Shown here one piece after another: positions 55,978 through 64,000 of a DNA stretch of 64,000 nucleotides. Location: NCBI RefSeq assembly GCF_009914755.1, contig NC_060929.1. One strand, 5' to 3'. Position numbers and translations under genes: made by a program. Within the stretch, counting starts at the first letter, position 1; each line of letters opens with the position of its first letter. The notes below the pieces were generated by a model that was given only the letters and a program-made list of their open reading frames with translations, did not search any database and was not told the origin of the DNA. The stretch is from the human T2T-CHM13v2.0 reference genome, Homo sapiens.

Positions 55978-56869
55978 TAACTAGAGATATTGGCTCTAAG
56001 TTACTGCAGGATAATTTCTATACAAAGAAGGATTTTAGTTTTGTTCTTATTCCAACACACCGGAAAGCTTAACTGCGGTTACAATTAAGGTTTAAAGAAT
56101 TAAGGAATGCATTTGTAGCCAGTTTAGAGCACTTTGCAAAAGTCAATGTTTTCTTTTCCTGTAGTCCATTTTTCTCTCCCCTAAATCCCCTGCACTTTCT
56201 CAATTTCTCCCCCACTTTCACACTTCTGACTTTGTTTATTCCTTGCTATAGTCAAAAGGTACAATGGGGCATCATTAGGAAGAGGTGATGTGACCAACCT
56301 GGAACACCATGTTCCAGCCTAGTCACTGCACTTCAAGGACTCACAAGACCTGAAGAGACAGTGATGGAGGCATAAAATGTTCAAGAGGATGAGGAAGTGG
56401 GGGTTGTTTAAGGACAAATCATGAAGATTTGAACTATTCTGTCTGCAAAGATAAAAGCTATAACAGAATATGGTTAATACGAAGACAGATAGGGACAGGA
56501 TAAATAGACTTACTTCCCAATACCATAATAATGTAAAATCCCTTGTAACAGAAAGAGTTACAAAAGGGGGAGAGGATCTGCTATATAACCTGATAGTTAA
56601 CTTAAGATACTTGCTTATTGATGTTATTCACAAGTATGCTAAATAAGGGAAATTTTTTAAGAAATCTGTATATGACTTGATAACAGATTCATGATGTAGT
56701 ATTAATATTGAGTAAATATTCATGAATTAACCAAATGTTCAGATAAATTCATGTATAATATGATACCAGATTCATAAAATATTAATGTAATATTGACTGA
56801 CATATTAATAGGTTAAACAGATTTGAGGATAAATTAATTTGTGTTATTCCAGCAAATACTTGGCATTAA

Positions 56870-57040
56870 GAGAGTCTAGTTTTATTGAAACACAGCCACA
56901 TTCATTCACCTATGCATTGTCTATGGCTGCTTTTGTGTGACAAGAGCAGAGTTGAGGAATTGTGACAGAGGCTATATGGCCCAAAAAGCCTAGAAATATT
57001 TACTATCTGGCTCTTTATGAAAAGTATTGCTGACTCCGGT
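56870..57040 (+). mobile_element. MER58A-like hAT fragment
   Basis: ttttattgaaacacagccacattcattc...gtctatggctgcttt...tatttactatctggctcttta...tgctgactcc. Confidence 0.8.
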
Positions 57041-59643
57041 CTAGAACACATTAGGAACATCCTTAATATTTGAGGTCCACATTAAGTAGATGAATATAAG
57101 TTCTTCTACATAATACCTCTTCATAGGTATACAATTGGCCAGGGCAGCCATTTCTGATAATCATGTAGAGTCTGAAAAAATACCCATTAACCAGTCATCT
57201 GATCATCATGTCTTTGGAGATTCAGCAATCAAGTTAAAGATACTTCCTGAATTTTAGAAAGCTGGTGACTTAGCAGGTTTTTGGTTATATTTAGCTGTTT
57301 TTGATGCCTTTCAATTCTGGGTTCCCCACCTACTAAGAAACATGAAATTGTTGGGAAATGAAACTCTGAGTACAAAATGATGTCATCAGATTAGTTGAAA
57401 TTAAGGTCTGGGGCTTCTGATTTTTAGAACATAATACCATACTTTCCTGTACACCAAAGAGATTAGCAGTGCTTTACTCAGAAAGAAACCAAAATCATAG
57501 TTTTCACAAATAGGGACTTCCCTTTTTTCCCCCCAGTGAAGTCCCCCGGTATGAAATTAATTTGTATACATGTACTATAACATGACTTTGGTAATCATGT
57601 CAGTTATACTGCCTAAATGAAAATAATAATATAGAAGCCTATTCCATTGTTTGGACACTACTGTTCCCATTTTGCATAACCAAGCATGTAAAACATTGAA
57701 TCCCCTAGCGAATTTAAAGTTTCTCTCAAAACTGAGGGTGGGAGGAAGTCATAGCAGTTCAGGGTCAAGATCTAAATTTTGAGGCATCATAATTAAGCTC
57801 TTCAAGTACAGGGCTCTGGCTCAGCAGCCAAGTCCAAGTATGAGATTCATTAAAGCATTTCATTTTCAACTGTCATTAACAGTGATCAGCGTCATTCCCC
57901 TACTCCCAATGAATGCTTGCCATTGGTTGGGCAAATTCACCCACAAAGAGAAAGTCTCAACAGCAGCTGCCTGCTTACACAGAAGAAAGATTCCAGAGTA
58001 GCTTAATGCTTTGCCACTGAATAATGCCCTAGCTGCTTGAATAATCAGAGCTACCTATCACATTGTACAATAATCATATCCTATCTAAAATTCATTGCTT
58101 CCAAAGGAATATATCAGTGAAAAATGTCCTGATCAACGACCACTTTGTAAAAGGAGATCCCCATGAAATACCATTGTGGGAAGTTTTACATTTGTACATG
58201 GATTTGCCAAGTCTTTATATAATCGGTCTTAGTGACAACACAGCGAGAATCCATAAGCATAGCTTATGCTTCAGCTGATGATTTCCCAAAGCCACATGTA
58301 ATTTCTACTTTAAAAGAAATCCACAACCTTTTAGGTTATCACACTTGGATTATGCCTTCGATTTCAAAGCATTCCCTTTACATTATTCCCTTTACATTAT
58401 GGATTCTCACCTTAACAATACAACTCAAGATATTTGGAGCTCATGTTACTGCTGTTTCTTTAGCTATCTGAGTTTTTTTTTCTGGGAATTTCATTATTAA
58501 ATTCTTATTACACACTTTGCTCACAAATGAACGTTTCCTTTCTATACCACTAATCACAATAATATTTGAGGAATTAGAAGTAAATAGACAGAACCAAAAC
58601 TGAACAATGAACAATAACAAGCATCTAAACCTCACTGTTCCTTTTGGTGCAGCCACCCCAGACAAGTGGCACACAGCTACTCAAGTCTGAGGGCCCCTCC
58701 ATGTGGCTAGAAGAAGCCAGGCATCTTGCTTTTGTAATTGTTTGGCCTTCCAAGTGGTTTAGTGAGTCACAAAACCCATATCATTTCATCTCTCACAAAT
58801 GGAAACAGGTATGCTTTGTTGGGCTGGTTTTCAGTCCTCAGTGCCTGGGGCCCAGTTCCTGCAGAGCACAGCTCCCGGTCCTGGAGGCCTTTGTCCAGGC
58901 TGAGGTGTGTCTGCAGACTCTCTTCTCCAGCAGGTAGCTATGCGTTGACCGGCAATGTGATTTTCCTCAGCACATTTCCAGCCTTCCCCGTTGTGCCTCT
59001 TGCTAATGGTGCTGATATATTTCTGAGCTTTTCCATTTGCCTTGGTTTTGCTAGAGGAAAAACAGGTGCTTCTACCCTTTCCTTATTTCTGGGAATTGTA
59101 CACTGCCCAGCTGGCTCTGGTTTGCCTGCTGGCATCAAATGTGGGACAAATGGAGAAAGTATATTCTGCTAATCTCCTAGCTTCATCTCCCTTGAGGAGT
59201 TTTCCTCCATGCTTATCAGATCTGGGTTCCAAAGGCTCATAACCTAGCTCTTCAGATAGTATTTGGCAAGGACAGTGGCCCTGAAACTGTGCCATTTGTG
59301 GGTGAATGTACAAAGCACCAAATCAACAAACTATTTGTCATCATTCCATTGCCTTTCCTCCATGTGTGACGCACTGCTCGAACCATCCAAATACAAAGCA
59401 GTGCCACAGGAAAAGGGGCAAACGCATTGAGGATCAACTATAGATGAGAAGTTTCTCAACCATTGTCTTCCTCCACCCTCAAAAGGGCCTAGAATGCAGG
59501 CATTGATTTCTCCATTGTTACAAAGATAGAGCCTGAGGTTCAAGAGAAGTAAAACTTCCCTGGATCACCCAATTTCTCAGTGGTACAGGCTTGAAGCAAA
59601 CACAGCAAAAAGAAGAAATGTATTCCTCTTGTATTCAGAGATG

Positions 59644-60170
59644 TGTAACAGTGGGAGAAATATCACATAGCTGACTCCATCTTGCTTCTAACCTCACAGG
59701 CTAACTGCCTTTGCTCATTCCTATACATAGGCCAAGCTAATGATGGAAAGAATTTAGATTATAGTTTAACTTCAGAACTAATGACCATCTCTCTTTTGAA
59801 ACAGACCCCTGAGGAGATTAGAAAGTATGCACACAAATAACAATGCCATCTTAAAAATTTATAGAAACAAGGTCAATCTGGAAAATAGTTGACCATGAAC
59901 AAAGAAGTTTTGCAACCTCCTAGATCCCTGCTGATGCCCAGATGCCTGTGGTCACCAGTCAACTGTGGACCTTAACCCCCTACCTATTCCCCCTTCCCCT
60001 AACATAAAAGGAGCCTAACAATCTATCAACTTAAGATGGTTCTTTAGTACATCAGTCTGCCATCTTCTAGGATTGCTGGCTCCCTGAAAAAAAGTCATCT
60101 TCCTTGCCCCAATATCTTGTCTTATTGGCTGTCATGTGGTAAGCAGTTAAGAGCTTTGGACTTGACTATA
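59644..60170 (+). mobile_element. ERV1-class solo LTR (MER4 group; exact subfamily not assigned)
   Basis: tgtaacagtgggagaaatatcacatagctgactccatcttgcttctaacctc...aagatggttcttt...ttattggctgtcatgtggtaagcag. Confidence 0.75.
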
Positions 60171-60718
60171 GAAGGTAAATTCTTTTATAAGGGCTGCCAA
60201 CCAGAAGCATGTTGCTGGTTTGTTGGTGAAGTACAAGAAGGGTGTGAAATAGAACTGAGTGGTCAAGGATGTTTTAGGGCCTTTGAGGCTCATAAATTTC
60301 TACTGAGCTCAGACTCAACACTTGCCCCACACCCTTAGCATTTTACCCTGTTGACTGTACATGTGTTGGTGTCCCCCAGTAAATCATGAACTCTTGGTGA
60401 GGATGATAGTAATTACTCCCATGAATTGTGTGCTTCCTTGGTGCCAAGTGTTGTACATACCTTGTCTTGTCTTTTTCTCCCAGCAACCCTGGAATGTATG
60501 TTTTAGTAGCCTCATTGTACAGATGAAAAAGTGAGACAGAGAGGTAACTCACTTGCTCCACAGCTTCACTCCTGGAAAATTAGAGCTGAGATCTATGTTG
60601 TCTGTCTGATTCTAGCAAAAGTTCTCAGTTGCAAGATGTACAAAAGACCCTCACCCCTAGGGCAAGTTCTGGGTCCTTGGAAGAGTGGAATCCATTGCTA
60701 TTTAGAAATAGAAGTAAG

Positions 60719-61033
60719 GGCCGGGCACGGTGGCGCATGCCTGTAATTGCAGCACTTTGGGAGGCTGAGGCAGGTGGATAGGCAGGAGTTCGAGACCAGC
60801 TTGGTCAACATGGTGAAATCCTGTCTCTACTAAAAAAAAAAAAAAAAAAAAAAAAATTAGCTGGGCTTGGTGACGCACATCTGTTCCAGCTACTCAGGAG
60901 GCTGAGGCAAGAGAATCGCTTGAACGCAGGAGGCAGAGGTTGCAGTGAGCCGAGATTGCGCCACTGCACTGCAGCCTGGGTGACAGAAAAAGACTCTGTC
61001 TCAAAAAAAAACAAAAGGGAAAAGAAAAAAAAA
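60719..61033 (+). mobile_element. AluS with an expanded middle A-tract and a small left-arm deletion
   Basis: 15-bp TSD AGAAATAGAAGTAAG at 60704-60718 and 61034-61048. About 25 A in the linker. Confidence 0.96.
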
Positions 61034-64000
61034 AGAAATAGAAGTAAGAACTCTGGAACTGAGGACTTTCTTTTCACTTAGCTGGATATCAACAAGGCTT
61101 CTGGAAATTGTAGTATTACACAGGCACCAGAAGAAGCTACTATAAGGTGCTATTGGAGGTTCCCACAGGCTCTCAAAATGTTTCCCTCACCTAGATCACA
61201 GTGACATTTCCACCAACAGAGACTTGAGGTTGAACCACTATTAAAATGCAAATTCTGGAAGTGCTCATTTATTGAACTATAGTGGGCTGAATGGTTTATT
61301 GAGTTCTTTGGTATATTCTCAGGAAGGTTCAGTTTGGAGGAGGAAGGGGTCTGACAGAAGAAAATAGACAACAAAGTGGGAGGGGGACAAGAAAAGGAGT
61401 TGGGGGCTTATGTGGGGCATCTTAGTAGAGTAAGCAGAGGTAAAAGAAATTCTTCCTGAAACACAGTAGGATGACAGTGGAGAAGTGAAATAAGCAGGTA
61501 AACTTATTCCTTGGGCCTAGCATACCACTCTGTGTGATCCTCTAGATGAAATACATACAAGTGGTCATTAGTGTGTGATGACCATGGACAACCTGGGACA
61601 TAGGTCAACACCAAAGACAGTGTGCTGCCTTATAGTTTTGAGTCCAGACCTATATAGGTAATTAGAAAACTTTCATTTCTTTAGGAGACATGGACAATGA
61701 TTTGGTTTGGCACTAGTTAGGCTGAGAAGGACTTGGTTTTTAACCATCTGTTATCTGTGATTATTTGAAATATTCAGTTTCAAAAGTTTAACCCACTTAT
61801 TGAACATTCCAATTCCAAAGACACTGTTAGGCACTGGGGCAGGGTAAACAAAGGAGAATAAGTCATAGTCCTGCCCTCAGGTAGCTTACAGCATAGTGGT
61901 CTTGACCAAGAAGTCTATGTTTGACACAAGGTGATAAATGAAGGTGGTAGGGTAATGTCATGAGTGTAGTAAGTACATTCTAGAATTCCCCTTTAGGTGA
62001 CAGGTTTTGCCTTCCCTCATCCTCTTCCCAAGTCTTAGCAAGCCTCTAGCTCCACTGACTGATGTTTAACTCCACGTATCCTTCTGGACATCCAACCCAT
62101 GCAATCCTTTTCTGTTGAGAAACTTCTGAGGCCTGTGATGACCTGAGACAAATGCAGAGAGGAACTTATACCTCCAGCCTCCTGAAAGTGGGTGTACATG
62201 CCAACACTGGGGGCCTAAGTGAACCCCAACATTCCCAAGTTCCTGCAGAAGACTGAACCCGTGCAGGCTTAGATCCTAGGACTCTTAAACCTGATACTTA
62301 ACTCTGTCTAGATTATTTGTAAACTCACTGCTGAAAGTACATGCCCACCAATACCCAGATGTGTGCATCTTGTGTGATTTCATCTGTTCTTCTATACTTT
62401 TCTCTGAAAATACTGCTGTTCATCCCTAAATAGCCACATTAAATATACACTTGAGTTTAGAAAGGAAGCTCCAGGGCCACTAAAGAGTCACTGCTACTAC
62501 TACTGGGGGATCAGCAATAGTCTGTAGGCTCCGGCTTCACACAGTCATAGCATCTTGCGTGTGAGATAACTTTAAAAGGGTATTTAGCCCATATTAATAT
62601 ATATGGTATATTTTTGTAAAGGCTGGAGGACAGGAGAGGGGGACATTTTTATGAATGCTCTTTTATATCTTTGAATTTTAAATGAACTAAATGAATTTTA
62701 AACCATGCATAAAAATAAATAAAAATTTAAAAGTCACAGATATGAACACTATTATGGTTTCAATGATGTCCTTTGAAAAGTAAAATAAGAAAAGTTGCTA
62801 AGAGAAAAATAAAACTCATTGAATCAAACCCTGAGGGAGGAGATAGACTCATTCCTGTGATCACATAACTGCCATTAATTGCTCTGATCTTTAAATGACT
62901 TGATTTTAGCTTAGGACATACCTATATCAAATATATATTCACCCTTACTTTCTGCTAAATATTTAACCAAAATCATCCCAATAAAGAAGAAACTTACATT
63001 ATTGGTTTGAAGATAAATTTTTTTAAATATTTAGCTTTTTGTAGGATTCTGAGTTATTTGGAGAATATGCAAAGATTTGAAATAGCTTTCAAACTTTAAT
63101 TCACTGATGTTGCCACTGCAATCTTCCAAAATTGAGTATAGTTTACTGCAACTATATGTATGGATTTCTGTTTTCTTTGCAGTTTTAAATTTGGAAGTCA
63201 ACCGTAAGAAATACCTGACACATATCATATAATATTTTAAAATAACATTTTTTTGAAAATTAAAGTTGAATAAACAAATTGATGATTTGATTAGGTAAAT
63301 TCAACACTTCCAATGAACGCATGTTAATCTCTGTTGAAAATTACCCTATGGAAACTGGAGCAAAAAAATTGCATCTTATATAATTAAAATATATAACTAG
63401 TTTAAACATATAATATAGAAGACAAATCATCACAATTACTGTCTTTATAGCCATTGCTGAATAGTTCACTTACTTAAGTTAAAATCTTAATGCATTTCCT
63501 TATATAAACTTCAATTCTGTAAATCCCTTGTTGTTACTATCATTAGGAAGGAAGGAAGGTCTGTTACTTTCACGCTAGTTATTGAGAAACCAAGTAACTT
63601 GAGAGAAGACATTTTTGAAGGTAGATATGCAGTGAAAAGCAGAGAAGACAGAATGAAATATTGTGTTTCCTAGGCTTATTTCGCTTCTACTAATAAAACA
63701 CTGGAAAGAAGCCACCAGAATTTTAAAGCAAATAATGTGGTAACAAATAAATTAATATGACTCTCTTTTTTTAATTTTTTTTTTTTAAGTTTCCAAAGGC
63801 CAGCCTCAGATGGCCGTGGGGAGCAATTAGAATTTGCTTCATGGCTTGTTGAATAACTTTGGTTTCTTCAGTCATTGATAAGTGGCAGGTGGGTGGGTAC
63901 AACACAGATACTATGAATAGTAGGCAGAAAGAGTTTGAGGAAAAGAGAGGGCATTTCATCAAGACTCCTCTGGTATTGGCAACTTTCACCAGCCAGTGCC

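Noticed and set aside
56675-56830. AT-rich internal repeats (gataacagattcat / gataccagattcat)
   Set aside because: Low-complexity and short, so chance or simple slippage cannot be excluded.

Overview
This is primate, very probably human, non-coding genomic DNA. The evidence is an LTR5_Hs solo LTR and a near-consensus AluYa-lineage element. I find no credible protein-coding gene, RNA gene, CRISPR array or prokaryotic system. The listed ORFs are chance ORFs or translations of Alu, L1 and LTR sequence, and only 13173-13361 resembles a real protein (a decayed L1 ORF2 endonuclease fragment). Much of the window is interspersed repeats (Alu, L1, L2, MIR, MaLR/ERV LTRs, hAT transposons), often nested with target-site duplications (TSDs) still readable. 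The signal that repeat annotation does not explain is a set of local copy-paste scars: a 90-bp-arm inverted repeat at 1960-2157; an ~815-bp, ~98% identical copy of 32134-32955 inserted into an MLT1 LTR at 34314-35128; a 99-bp copy inserted into an L2; an ~86-bp copy inserted between (TG)n and (CA)n tracts in an old L1; and a patchwork insertion inside an AluJ. All family names and identity counts come from reading by eye against remembered consensus sequences, not from a search. Boundaries of old repeats are approximate.
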